From: an uncultured archaeon
GTDB lineage: Archaea > Asgardarchaeota > Lokiarchaeia > Sigyniarchaeales > SOKP01
NCBI GenBank assembly: GCA_964388035.1
Contig: CAYLZE010000006.1
Location: 48,576-112,575 of the forward strand
Reading direction: 5' to 3'
DNA: 64,000 nucleotides
This document shows, piece by piece, positions 10,175 through 20,350 of this stretch. The notes beneath the pieces are model-generated. The model was not told the origin of the DNA, ran no database searches, and saw only the letters and a list, made by a program, of their open reading frames with translations. Both the position numbers and the translations under genes were made by a program. How positions within the stretch are numbered: position 1 is the stretch's first letter; each line of letters begins with the position of its first letter.

Positions 10175-11215
10175 ATGCAATCGAAAAAAAAGTATTATCC
10201 TACGGGTAAATTAAGCCACGATGAATTAACAAAATTGATTCAAGAATATGTTAAAGATCTTTCTATTAAAGATGAACGTGTGATATTAGGCAGCCAGATT
10301 GGTGAAGATGCCGCAGTAATTGATATGGGGGATAAATACCTTATCTCAAAAACCGATCCCATTACCTTTGCAACGGATGAAATTGGATATTACGTTGTGA
10401 ATGTTAATGTGAACGATGTGGTGTGCATGGGAGCAAAACCAAAATGGTTCCAATCTACCATATTACTTCCAGAAAAAAATACAGATGAATCTTTAATACA
10501 GAAAATTTTTAAAGATATACATGATACCTGTTTAAATTATGATATTACGGTTATTGGGGGGCATACGGAAATTACAACAAACCTAAATAGACCCTTGGTA
10601 ATAGGATGCCTATTAGGAGAGGTAGAAAAAAAGGATTTAGTAACTACTGCAGGAGCTGAAGTTGGAGATGCTCTGGTGTTAACTAAAGGAATTTTCATAG
10701 AAGGGACGTCCATTATTGCAAGAGAAAAAGAGGATTTATTGAAAAAAAAAGGCTTTCAGCAAGATTTTATCGAGAAATGCAAGAATTTCTTATTTAACCC
10801 CGGAATTAGTGTTTATAATGAAGCAGTTTTAGCCCAGAAGTATTTTAAAATAAAGGCATTTCATGATCCTACCGAAGGGGGAATTGCTTGTGGAATTGCT
10901 GAAATGGCAAAAGCATCTCACACGGGTGTTTTAGTAGATCAAGAAAAGATCAATATTTTACCTGAATCGCAAGAGCTCAGTAAAACCTTCAATTTAAACC
11001 CTCTTAATACTATTTCATCTGGATCTTTATTAATCGCAATTGAAGAAGAGAATCATGACAAACTTATCCGCTTATTGGAAGAAAAAGGCATTTTTGCCAA
11101 AAAAATTGGAAATTTCATTCCTGAAAAAAAGCAATTACTAATAAAAAACCGGGAAGGGAAAATTATTCCAATGATATACTCAGAAATGGATGATATCCTT
11201 AAAATTTATAAATAA
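10175..11215 (+). CDS. AIR synthase-related (HypE/ThiL/PurM superfamily) protein
   Basis: GEDAAV, KTDPIT, VNDV, GGHTE, HDPTEGG motifs; start moved to ATG 10175 (MQSKKKYYPTGKL). Confidence 0.85.
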   Translation: MQSKKKYYPTGKLSHDELTKLIQEYVKDLSIKDERVILGSQIGEDAAVIDMGDKYLISKTDPITFATDEIGYYVVNVNVNDVVCMGAKPKWFQSTILLPEKNTDESLIQKIFKDIHDTCLNYDITVIGGHTEITTNLNRPLVIGCLLGEVEKKDLVTTAGAEVGDALVLTKGIFIEGTSIIAREKEDLLKKKGFQQDFIEKCKNFLFNPGISVYNEAVLAQKYFKIKAFHDPTEGGIACGIAEMAKASHTGVLVDQEKINILPESQELSKTFNLNPLNTISSGSLLIAIEEENHDKLIRLLEEKGIFAKKIGNFIPEKKQLLIKNREGKIIPMIYSEMDDILKIYK

Positions 11216-11426
11216 TGGGATGCGATAGCACCAATCTTAATAAATACTTGGAATTTTAGTTATCCTTTATATTTTAATGTGATCATGATGAGTGGAAATT
11301 AGATGTATGTTTGACGGAAAGAAATTAATGAAAAATGTCCTAAAATTTTTATTCTTAAAATTTAATTGTTAATTATATTAAAGTGATGTACATTCTTAAT
11401 AACATAATTAGATATAAGATTATAAC

Positions 11427-13349
11427 GTGGTTAATAAGGAACTAAAGCAAGTTATAGACGATTTAATAGAGACGGTTAAGGAAAAACCAGAAAGATTTAG
11501 GGAAGAGAAAGAGTTATTTTTAGAAATTTTAAAGCAAAAGGGAGATCTATTCAAGTTATTTAAAAAGGAGATTCGTTCGAAATGGCACCAGTTTAATATA
11601 AAAAATCATGATAGAGTAATATCAAAATCTTATACATCCTTTTTTCTACTGAATTTGCATGATTTATACATGCAATATTTACAAAGCTTTTATGGCTTTG
11701 ATTCTAAATCAATAGAGCTCATCTCCACGGAAAAAATCTCAGATACAGATTTATACATGGAATATAAATATTTCATATCTTCAGAAGATGAAAAAATTTA
11801 TAAAGAAGCATTAGAAGGTCTTAAAGATAAGATATATGGAATATCTTACCCCTTTGGATTATTATTTTTTGCGACATCAATATTTGGAATCATCATTAGA
11901 AATCAAATTAAAAAAAACATGTTTATAATTTTGGAAGCAACGGTTTTAAAAAAAAAAGAAGAACGAAATTATATTCATTTCTTAATTTTAGTAAGGGATT
12001 CCCGTGATGAACAATTTAGAAATTATTTTTATAAAGATCTCTACTATTTTCTAAGACCTTTTCGAGGAGTTCCCGAGAAATTTTACGAGAAGTTACTTGT
12101 GGGAAGGGAGAGATTATATCAACTGGCATTAAGAGAATATCCTCTCGCCAAAGAGAAGTTGATTGATTTATTTTATTACTTTTATAAGAAATGCACCCTT
12201 CTTCAAAGCATTAGCCCCTTATTGGATTTCTTAAACTTTGTATGTGCACGTGTTGAAGATTCCGTATTTTCGAAGATTGAAGTTATTAGAAAGAATTTAT
12301 TAAACAATCTTAACTATACACCGGAAGAAAAGAATGCCATTATACGGATATTTAACTTTATTGATAAAGAAAGTACCCTATATAGTACTTTTCAAGCAAA
12401 TAATTTACCGTCAGAAAAATCTCAATTAAATTTATTCTTGCTCTATATGAAATACTATTTTAGTTCAGGACTAGAAAGCTTAGAAGTAGGAGAACTTTTA
12501 TTCTTTCCTACTATCTTTAAAGAAAAATTGAATGTAATCAATAAAAATAGAACACATGCTACTCTTGATTCAAATTCTATTAAAAATATTAACAATTTCA
12601 TGAATTATTTTTCACGATTATCTGAAAATGAATATGAAGGCAACATTATTTTCTTTAAAATCTTTCATGCTAATGTTTTTAATTTGAATAATGATTTATT
12701 AAAAGCCTTCTTAACGAGCTTTAATAAGAAAGTTCTAACTCTTATTGATCGAGAAAATGATGAATTATCCGACGTGATTGAAAGTAATAAGTTTACTTTT
12801 GAGAGAATTATTGGCGATTTCTGCCGGATATTATATGTATTGATCGAAAAAATATTCATTAAAACTACTCCTGATGAGGCCTCTAATAATTTCATAGATC
12901 CTCGCAGTCGTTATATTGGAAGGAATATTGCATTGAGGGTCTTAGAATTATTCTTTTTTCAATCCTTAAATATATCGGATGATCTCTGGCCAGATTACCT
13001 CATAAGTTTAAATAGGCAAAATATTTTAGAAGAATTGAAGGAAAAGGTCTCCATCCCAGAAAAATATTTTTACAATATCAATGAACTGACGAATTTAATG
13101 TTATTTCACAGTCTACAGTCTTTTATCAAACCCAAATATTTTGAGGACCAACTTATTGATGATGTTATTGTTCCCCTTAATGATTTTCTTTTAAAAATTC
13201 ATAAGTCTGTCGAAGATCCTTCTAATACAATAGAAGTATATGAAAAATTATTAGCTTTTTTTTTGGATGGTACCCCCAATAAGAAGATGATTAAGAGAAT
13301 GGAATCTGCATGTCAAGTCATGGCTCCTTTTTGGAAAATCATGGAATAA
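11427..13349 (+). CDS. Hypothetical protein (640 aa)
   Basis: Long ORF, probably helical; family not recognised. Confidence 0.7.
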   Translation: MVNKELKQVIDDLIETVKEKPERFREEKELFLEILKQKGDLFKLFKKEIRSKWHQFNIKNHDRVISKSYTSFFLLNLHDLYMQYLQSFYGFDSKSIELISTEKISDTDLYMEYKYFISSEDEKIYKEALEGLKDKIYGISYPFGLLFFATSIFGIIIRNQIKKNMFIILEATVLKKKEERNYIHFLILVRDSRDEQFRNYFYKDLYYFLRPFRGVPEKFYEKLLVGRERLYQLALREYPLAKEKLIDLFYYFYKKCTLLQSISPLLDFLNFVCARVEDSVFSKIEVIRKNLLNNLNYTPEEKNAIIRIFNFIDKESTLYSTFQANNLPSEKSQLNLFLLYMKYYFSSGLESLEVGELLFFPTIFKEKLNVINKNRTHATLDSNSIKNINNFMNYFSRLSENEYEGNIIFFKIFHANVFNLNNDLLKAFLTSFNKKVLTLIDRENDELSDVIESNKFTFERIIGDFCRILYVLIEKIFIKTTPDEASNNFIDPRSRYIGRNIALRVLELFFFQSLNISDDLWPDYLISLNRQNILEELKEKVSIPEKYFYNINELTNLMLFHSLQSFIKPKYFEDQLIDDVIVPLNDFLLKIHKSVEDPSNTIEVYEKLLAFFLDGTPNKKMIKRMESACQVMAPFWKIME

Positions 13350-13355
13350 TAATGC

Positions 13356-13862
13356 TTAGGGAAGGTTAAAAATCTTAAGGAATTCTTTAAATTCTTTCTC
13401 AATATCAATACAAGACAAATTTCCTCTTAATTGTATAGGTCCAGTACTTTTATTGCAGATGATACCCGAAATCATTAGAACATTGTCTGTTAATTGTTCA
13501 TCAACTTGAGATGGATTTTCCACGCATAATACCGTAGGATAATTTAAATTTCTAAATCCTTCGGTCACGCACATATCAACTTTAAAAGGAGCTGTTTCCA
13601 TCCAATTTAATAGGTTTGTAAGGGAGAGTTCTTTTTTTATGAAAATTGCAGTTTCATTGTAAACGTTTTTTGTGATAGCGAGGAGAGCTCCATTTTCAGA
13701 ATAGCGAAAAGTATCCTTTCCTTCTTTATCAATCTGATGTTCATGAATATTTTTAATAATAACTAAGTTATAATCGAAATATAGATCCATTAATTTAATT
13801 AAATTAATAATTTGATGTGTTTTACCACTTCCCGAATAACCAATGAAACTCAATATTTTCAT
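13356..13862 (-). CDS. mobB: Molybdopterin-guanine dinucleotide biosynthesis protein B
   Basis: GYSGSGKT P-loop, D.EGKDT.R...GA, EGF motif. Confidence 0.85.
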   Translation of the reverse strand: MKILSFIGYSGSGKTHQIINLIKLMDLYFDYNLVIIKNIHEHQIDKEGKDTFRYSENGALLAITKNVYNETAIFIKKELSLTNLLNWMETAPFKVDMCVTEGFRNLNYPTVLCVENPSQVDEQLTDNVLMISGIICNKSTGPIQLRGNLSCIDIEKEFKEFLKIFNLP

Positions 13863-14081
13863 TTAAACCCCTTTATTTTATGGGTAAATAAAACGATATA
13901 TTGCAAATGCATTTTTTTTATTTGAAATTATCTAACTATTAACCGATAGAATTGTAAATAGTCATAATTATTGAAGCTCAATTTAATATAAAATGAAATA
14001 TGAAACAAATATATATATGACTTGGTTTTTTTCTTTAAACTTAGTTTATTTAAAAATTTATTTCTAATTTAAAAAAATAAC

Positions 14082-16079
14082 ATGACAGGAGAAAAGCAAA
14101 AGATAGTATTTGACGCCAATTTCTTCATTTGCATGAATTCAATCCATGCAAAAGATTTTCTGGATAATTTAGGAAAAGCAGGATTTGAATTGGGCTATGA
14201 ATATTATATATCAGAGATGGTGTTTGAAGAGATTAAAGCACCCCAAAATTTTAGGGAAAAATTTAAAGAAGTAGTAAATGTTAAAAAAATTGAAGCTAAT
14301 CAAATTGACGAAATAAAGTCGAATTTAAAATCTTTCAACATACGATTTCCCGCTCAAGACCCCGATCTAAGTCTTGTTGCATTAGCAAATATTCTATTGA
14401 GTGAAGGTAATAACTCTAATGTACATTTAGTTAGCGATGATTTTAAACTTGTAAAAAATACAAACCTACTTTACCGAGGAAAAATAAATATTCTTTCCCT
14501 ATCCAGTTTCCTCTTAAAAGTTCAGAGATCCACGACTAAAAAAGTAAGACGGAATTATTTTGAGAATATTTGGAAGAAAAGCTTAAATTATACCTTGTCT
14601 TACATGATAGAACGCTCTAAAATATACCCTGCGGAGGAGAAAATACAATGGTTAATCGAGCGAGCTGTAGCGGTAACTGAAGATTCTATTGTCACGAAAG
14701 ATGCACAATTATCATCCAATAAGACGATGGAATTTAGAATAGGAGGGAAGAAATATTCAGAGCAAATTGCAATTGCAGAAAAATATATTGAAAACCAAAA
14801 TCTTCCGGCAAGCGATGAAGTACTCGTTCAAAATATAATTACATTCCTCGAAAATTTGAAAATATCAAGAGAATACGTGAAGAGAGCCAGGGATGCCATT
14901 ATTAAAAATGAGGCAAAAGAGGCGGTAAAATTCTTGAAAAAAGGAAATGGATTCTTGATTTCGCTGTTGCAATTAGCATCTGGGCGTCTACAAAAAGCTA
15001 ATGATTATGAAATTGTGGAGCAATTAATTTGCATGGAAATTTCAAAAATGGAATTTTTACATTCATTTCTATTAATCTCTTTAGGAAGGGTAAGTACTTC
15101 AATAGATTCCTTAGAGCGTGCCGCATTATTCTCAACCATAATTCATAATTATGAAACATGTCTTACCCTGAATTATTTGAAAGCTCTGATTCTCCTTTTT
15201 CATTCTTTTTATAATGAGGCAATTAAACAATATAACTTTACGGAAGAATTATCCGAAATATACTCAGACGATAAATTAAAGTTGAAATGCTTGATTGGAA
15301 AAGCTATCGCTTTATATCTGCAAGGTGGAGAAAATGGGAATGATACAAGGGCTGCAATGGCAATCATGGAAGACATTTCTAACATGGACCTCGATAATGA
15401 TTTTATTGACGCCATCATTGTTTTTACAGATTTGGGAGACTATTTTCTAGCCCTGGGACATTCTCAAATTGCAACTAACCTTTATAATCAAGCATTGGAA
15501 ATCTCTATCGATTACAAATTAGATCTTAAAAGTGAGATTCTTATTGAAAAATTAAAACGTTCCTATATAGCCACCGTTTTGGAAGGATATAGCACGGAAG
15601 AAATGGGTGTGAATTTAGATGTACTTTTGGATAAATCTTATTCCGTTAAAGATGTGGAAAAATATAATGATCAAATTAAAAAAATATCAAGTTTTAATCG
15701 GTTGTTTTATGAACCATTTCCTTACATCAAAGGCAAAAAAAAAAATGTCTTGTTCAAAGATTTACCTGAAGAACTTCAAAATGACTATCTTGAGGTGGTT
15801 CATATTGAAAAGAAAGAAGAGGATAACCAAGTATTATTCATTGTCTCTCATTATGAATTAGGACTCTTAGGAATTAAAATTAAGACAGATCAGAATATAA
15901 CGGGAGTGGCAGAAAATTATTCTTTAAAAATAAAACCTACCGCAAAAATGAAAATATATGACCCCGATTCGATATTAAGAGAATCTTATTTAATAAGAGC
16001 GATAATAGAGATAACGCAAAAGGATCAAATTGATATTGTTTATACCTTACCCAGTTTTTTCAAACAATTGAACATTTAA
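14082..16079 (+). CDS. PIN-domain / TPR-like repeat protein
   Basis: VFDANFF, VFEEI, QDPDLSLVALA, VSDDFKL PIN motifs followed by TPR-like helices (LGDYFLALGHSQIATNLYNQALEI). Confidence 0.7.
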   Translation: MTGEKQKIVFDANFFICMNSIHAKDFLDNLGKAGFELGYEYYISEMVFEEIKAPQNFREKFKEVVNVKKIEANQIDEIKSNLKSFNIRFPAQDPDLSLVALANILLSEGNNSNVHLVSDDFKLVKNTNLLYRGKINILSLSSFLLKVQRSTTKKVRRNYFENIWKKSLNYTLSYMIERSKIYPAEEKIQWLIERAVAVTEDSIVTKDAQLSSNKTMEFRIGGKKYSEQIAIAEKYIENQNLPASDEVLVQNIITFLENLKISREYVKRARDAIIKNEAKEAVKFLKKGNGFLISLLQLASGRLQKANDYEIVEQLICMEISKMEFLHSFLLISLGRVSTSIDSLERAALFSTIIHNYETCLTLNYLKALILLFHSFYNEAIKQYNFTEELSEIYSDDKLKLKCLIGKAIALYLQGGENGNDTRAAMAIMEDISNMDLDNDFIDAIIVFTDLGDYFLALGHSQIATNLYNQALEISIDYKLDLKSEILIEKLKRSYIATVLEGYSTEEMGVNLDVLLDKSYSVKDVEKYNDQIKKISSFNRLFYEPFPYIKGKKKNVLFKDLPEELQNDYLEVVHIEKKEEDNQVLFIVSHYELGLLGIKIKTDQNITGVAENYSLKIKPTAKMKIYDPDSILRESYLIRAIIEITQKDQIDIVYTLPSFFKQLNI

Positions 16080-16104
16080 TAGTTTAGAGAGCTTTTGAAT
16101 CAGT

Positions 16105-16380
16105 TCAAGCTCCTTTTCTTTCAGTTTTCGCTCTTTGAGCTACTTTGCCCGTATGGATAGCGCAACTAATGCATAAATATTTATCGCTACTACCACCCAG
16201 AATAATCGTTCCTTCTTTCTTTAATTCACGATACATTCTGCTATCAATTAAGGACGTCTTGGACGTAAATTTTTTGGCTTTACTTCGACTCACAAATCGC
16301 CCGCAATTAGCACATTGAACTTTTTGGTAATTTCCTTTACTTGAACCGGTATGTCCTCCACTCCTACGTTTCTTAGGCGT
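16105..16380 (-). CDS. rps26e: 30S ribosomal protein S26e (91 aa, ACG start)
   Basis: Extending the tracked ORF upstream gives (M)PKKRRSGGHTGSSKGNYQKVQCANCGRFVSRSKAKK...YLCISCAIH; first codon ACG, 7 nt after GGAGGT. Confidence 0.92.
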   Translation of the reverse strand, partial: TPKKRRSGGHTGSSKGNYQKVQCANCGRFVSRSKAKKFTSKTSLIDSRMYRELKKEGTIILGGSSDKYLCISCAIHTGKVAQRAKTERKGA

Positions 16381-16516
16381 ACGAATAACCTCCTTTTATA
16401 AGAATTAGTATTTTTATTAAGTTCTAGCTTATAATAATTTACTAAAACTTAAATATTTTTGTTTCCTTTCAGTTTTCTAAAAGGTCTAAAAAAGTCTCTC
16501 GATTTTAAGGAATTAA

Positions 16517-17200
16517 CTATAAATTAGACTGATTTCTGTGTAATGCCAAATTAACAAGACTAAAGTATATTCTTTGCCCTAAAGTATAGATGAGAAGAAG
16601 AGTGAAAATGAAGATGAAAACAGGAAAAAACCAAGTAATAGGAGTACCCGTGAAAATTTTGGAAAGATTGTAGATCCAACTCTCTGCAATTAGAGCTATC
16701 GTTAAAAGAACCAATCTCTCCGCCCTCTCTAGAAAACCAACTCCTTTCATGGTAAGACCAAGATTCTCCGCTTTTGCTCGCGAATATGAAATCATGATAA
16801 TTAAGAACATTAAAATAAAACCGTGGAGAAAGTTAATCAATTCTCCATAGATTAACCCAATGAAAATGATAATATCAGAGACACGGTCTAAATTGGAATC
16901 TAAAAATGCGCCTGCATCAGAAACCTTACCCGTTTTTCGAGCAACTTCTCCGTCGAAAACATCAAATACTCCTCCAATGAAGAGGAAAAAAGGAACTAAC
17001 CATGCCAGCCAGAGGGGATCATGAATAAAATTCAAAGCAATCATAACGGTTGAAATGGCAGAACAAAGAAAACCAAAAAGAGAGAGTAAATTTGGAGTAA
17101 AATGGCACTTGATAAAGAATTCTACAGGTTTTGCAATTATTTTACCGATGAATTCCTTTTGATTTTTTCGCTTATCGGGAAGTTCTTGTTGACTATTCAA
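16517..17200 (-). CDS. pgsA: CDP-alcohol phosphatidyltransferase (archaetidylinositol phosphate synthase-like)
   Basis: TPN.LS, DVFDGEVAR...GAFLDSNLDRVSD, SYSRAKAE, GFLERAER. Confidence 0.85.
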   Translation of the reverse strand: MNSQQELPDKRKNQKEFIGKIIAKPVEFFIKCHFTPNLLSLFGFLCSAISTVMIALNFIHDPLWLAWLVPFFLFIGGVFDVFDGEVARKTGKVSDAGAFLDSNLDRVSDIIIFIGLIYGELINFLHGFILMFLIIMISYSRAKAENLGLTMKGVGFLERAERLVLLTIALIAESWIYNLSKIFTGTPITWFFPVFIFIFTLLLIYTLGQRIYFSLVNLALHRNQSNL

Positions 17201-17257
17201 TTTTCAACTTTTTTTTAGAGGATTATTTTAATTTAAACCATGGTTAGAATAAAAAAT

Positions 17258-17851
17258 TTATGTATCGTGGTAGATTATTATCTTTATTAATCGGATAACA
17301 CTAGAAGCCAAGTATGATTTTAACCCCAGACTTATTACCTTAATTTTTTCTGACAGATGAGCTTCAAAACGATGAGAAATTCCCATTTGATTCCCTATAA
17401 TGAATACCATTTTTTGGGGTGAGGTACTATTATTCATTCCTTCCATTATATTAATACCTTTTTCCATCAATGCATGGGCTCTGTATCCATCTCTCATTAA
17501 ATTTGAGAGAGAAGCGTTCATGTCCTGATCAATGTAGGCAACTCCCGATAGAGGATTGTTATTTAATTCCTTGATAGAATAATATGATTTAATCGCTTTA
17601 ACGAAATAATCAGTAAACTGTAGCTCGTTCTTGGGAAAAATCTCATAGATTAATTTTTTCGGGTTGAAAATGAAGGTTCCATACTTCTTTAGAAATACCC
17701 AGATTTCTGAGCTAATATCAAATCCATCATCATTCATTAAAGCGGCGAGCACGCAACGGGAAATTACGTCTAAACGACCTGTAGATCCGGGAATATCCTT
17801 GATGGTGTAATTGCTAATATCCACGGTATCTGATTCAATAAAAAATATCAT
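17258..17851 (-). CDS. trmY: tRNA (pseudouridine-54-N1)-methyltransferase (SPOUT)
   Basis: DIPGSTGRLDVISRCV, FIIGNQMG, ISLG.KSYLAS. Confidence 0.8.
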   Translation of the reverse strand: MIFFIESDTVDISNYTIKDIPGSTGRLDVISRCVLAALMNDDGFDISSEIWVFLKKYGTFIFNPKKLIYEIFPKNELQFTDYFVKAIKSYYSIKELNNNPLSGVAYIDQDMNASLSNLMRDGYRAHALMEKGINIMEGMNNSTSPQKMVFIIGNQMGISHRFEAHLSEKIKVISLGLKSYLASSVIRLIKIIIYHDT

Positions 17852-17973
17852 GGGGTTAACTTGATTATGATTTGTTTAATTTAATTAAGGGGAATTATTA
17901 GAATTTATCCTAAAATTGGAATTTTACAAGCTATACGATTTCTTTGATAATTTTAATATTACAAAACCAAAGA

Positions 17974-18017
17974 TTTAAATACTGTGTAATACACAGATCA
18001 ATAGTGTGTCATGCACA
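17974..18017 (+). promoter_or_regulatory. TATA box plus tandem palindromic operators upstream of padR
   Basis: TTTAAATA at 17974-17981, perfect palindrome CTGTGTA-A-TACACAG at 17982-17996, second copy TGTGTCATGCACA at 18005-18017 (22 bp period). Confidence 0.65.
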
Positions 18018-18042
18018 ATATTTAAAAAAAATCGATCAAACC

Positions 18043-18396
18043 ATGAACCAAACAACTGAAGAAATTATTGAAAATTGGATAAAGCAACTTCGAAAAGGGA
18101 CTCTTGAGTTGGCTATATTATCTTTCATAAATAAACATTCTGAAAATACATACGGATATGATCTAATCAAGAATCTCAATGAAGCGGAAATTGAAATTGA
18201 AGGAAATACCGTATACCCGATATTGAGAAGATTAGAAAAAGCAGAATTAATTGAATCTACATGGATTACCAAAGATAATCAACCTAAAAAGTTCTTCAAG
18301 ATTACCCAAGCTGGACACATAATATTAAAGAGAATGAAAAAAGAATGGTCATTTTTTAATACACAAATTAAACATTTTATAAATGAAGAGGTGTAG
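18043..18396 (+). CDS. PadR family transcriptional regulator
   Basis: QLRKGTLELAIL, YGYDL, TVYPILRRLE; start moved to ATG 18043. Confidence 0.9.
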   Translation: MNQTTEEIIENWIKQLRKGTLELAILSFINKHSENTYGYDLIKNLNEAEIEIEGNTVYPILRRLEKAELIESTWITKDNQPKKFFKITQAGHIILKRMKKEWSFFNTQIKHFINEEV

Positions 18397-18399
18397 ATT

Positions 18400-19068
18400 G
18401 TGAACAAAGAAGCAGAATTGATGATGTCTAATTATATTAAAAAAGTTAAAAAATCTTGGGACTACCTCCCAAAAGACGAGTTAAAAAAAAGAATTGAAAT
18501 GGTGGAAACCCACATCCTAGATGCAATTAAAGATCAGAAAGGTGAGCTTACTGAGGTAGAAATCATCAAAAAATCCATGGAAGAGCTTGGAATTCCGATT
18601 AGAACAACAGATATTAAAGAAATCGTTAAGGGATACCTAAGCATTATTATAATCGGGATCGTATTTATCATTGGAGATTTACTATATTTTTATCCCACAT
18701 ATAAATATTCAATTTCCATCCCCTACTTTTTGATTATTTTCACGGGAGACGTGGGTCATGAAGCTTGGAAAAAGTATATAGCCGTCCACGTGCACGATAA
18801 AAGAATTAATCTCCTATATGCCTGGATTTTTTTCCCAATACTCTCTCTTGAATTATGGCTTGTAAATACATGGAACTTATTACCATCCGTAGGAATAATC
18901 AGCATATTTCTCTTAGGAACAATGATCTATGGAATTGTACTAATCGTATTTACAATAATTGCATTTGTTTCTCCTGGAGAAGTATTTGAAAAAAGATGTC
19001 CAAATTGTAATGAGCTATTACCTTTAAATGCAAAATATTGTTTAAAGTGCGGAGAATCTTTGGAATAG
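18400..19068 (+). CDS. Membrane protein with HAAS-like N-terminus and C-terminal zinc ribbon
   Basis: YIKKVKK...VETHILDA...EELG.P N-domain, about 4 TMs, CPNC...CLKCG; follows padR. Confidence 0.65.
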   Translation: MNKEAELMMSNYIKKVKKSWDYLPKDELKKRIEMVETHILDAIKDQKGELTEVEIIKKSMEELGIPIRTTDIKEIVKGYLSIIIIGIVFIIGDLLYFYPTYKYSISIPYFLIIFTGDVGHEAWKKYIAVHVHDKRINLLYAWIFFPILSLELWLVNTWNLLPSVGIISIFLLGTMIYGIVLIVFTIIAFVSPGEVFEKRCPNCNELLPLNAKYCLKCGESLE

Positions 19069-19339
19069 ATGAATAAAAATTGGATTATATAAAATTGATA
19101 ATTAATGGTAATGAAAAAAGAATTGAAAAAAAATCACCATGTAAAAAGAATTTAACTTGTTAAGTAGATTTGACAGTGATAATAAAAATATGTATATTAT
19201 ATAATAATGGAGGATAAATTTAAAGAATAACATTTAAATTCAATGTTAAGTTTACTTAACATAAGATTATTTTTTTTAATATAAATTTAATAAAAAAAAT
19301 TAGAGAATGAACTATCTATAAATTAAGGACGAGACCGAA

Positions 19340-20335
19340 ATGAAAAAATATGTCATTAAAGAAGATGAATTGGTAATACATAAGGATAGAACCATAAAAG
19401 TTGAGCATCTTAAGAAATATTTTGAAGACGTAAAAGCCGTCGATGACATTTCTTTTGAAGTGAATAGTGGAGAATGCTTCGGATTTCTGGGTCCTAATGG
19501 GGCGGGAAAAACGACTACTATAAACATCTTAGCTTGTTACCTAACTCCAGACGAAGGAAATGTGGAAGTAAATGGATTAGACGTGGTAAAAGAAAAAAAT
19601 AAGGTGAAAGAAAGTATCGGAATATGCCCTCAGGAGAACATTTTTTTTGAAGAATTAACAGTTTACGAAAATTTGATTTTTTTTGGTAACATGTACTCTG
19701 TTGATTCTAAATCCCTGAAAGAACGCGTGAATCGCTTGATAGAAAAAGTGGGATTAGGAGAGAAACGCAAAACAAAAGTTCAAAAACTTTCGGGAGGGAT
19801 GAAAAGAAGGTTGAACCTCATTATTGGATTGGTACATGATCCCGAGATCATTTTCCTTGATGAGCCCACGGCAGGATTGGATCCACAAGCAAGAAGACTG
19901 ATATGGGATTATATATTTGAATTAAAAAAACTAAATAAAACCATTTTCCTGACCACTCATAACATGGAGGAGGCAGATGCCTTATCAAATCGCCTAGCGA
20001 TTATCGATCATGGAAAAATCATCGCAACGGGTAGTCCTGAAGAATTAAAAGAGAGTATTGGTAAGGGGGATCTGTTATCCTTTAAAATAGAAGGACCGAG
20101 AGAAAGTTTAATGCAAACCATGGAAAACCTTAAAAACATGGAGTACGTCTTGAGTGTAAGTTATGTTGAGGAAGATAACTTGACGCGAATCAGTGCCATG
20201 GATGGGTTGGGCAAGGTGGGTAAGATCATAAAAGAATTCACTAGCAATGGCCTTCAAATTTTGGATGTTGGCGTGCAGCGGAATAGCCTAGAAAACGTGT
20301 TCTTGGCACTTACCGGCAGGTCCTTAAGAGATTGA
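19340..20335 (+). CDS. ABC transporter ATP-binding protein (ABC-2/DrrA type)
   Basis: GPNGAGKTT, LSGGMKRR, LDEPTAGLDP, TTH. Confidence 0.95.
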   Translation: MKKYVIKEDELVIHKDRTIKVEHLKKYFEDVKAVDDISFEVNSGECFGFLGPNGAGKTTTINILACYLTPDEGNVEVNGLDVVKEKNKVKESIGICPQENIFFEELTVYENLIFFGNMYSVDSKSLKERVNRLIEKVGLGEKRKTKVQKLSGGMKRRLNLIIGLVHDPEIIFLDEPTAGLDPQARRLIWDYIFELKKLNKTIFLTTHNMEEADALSNRLAIIDHGKIIATGSPEELKESIGKGDLLSFKIEGPRESLMQTMENLKNMEYVLSVSYVEEDNLTRISAMDGLGKVGKIIKEFTSNGLQILDVGVQRNSLENVFLALTGRSLRD

Positions 20336-20350
20336 TAAAGAGGTGAAAAT

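Noticed and set aside
10175-11215. Possible selenophosphate synthetase SelD
   Set aside because: Same superfamily, but it lacks the N-terminal G-C/U-x-x-K motif and the DFF motif of SelD
11285-11335. ATGATGA C-box-like motif (a similar one lies near 44532)
   Set aside because: No proper CTGA D box at a suitable distance; expected by chance in AT-rich DNA
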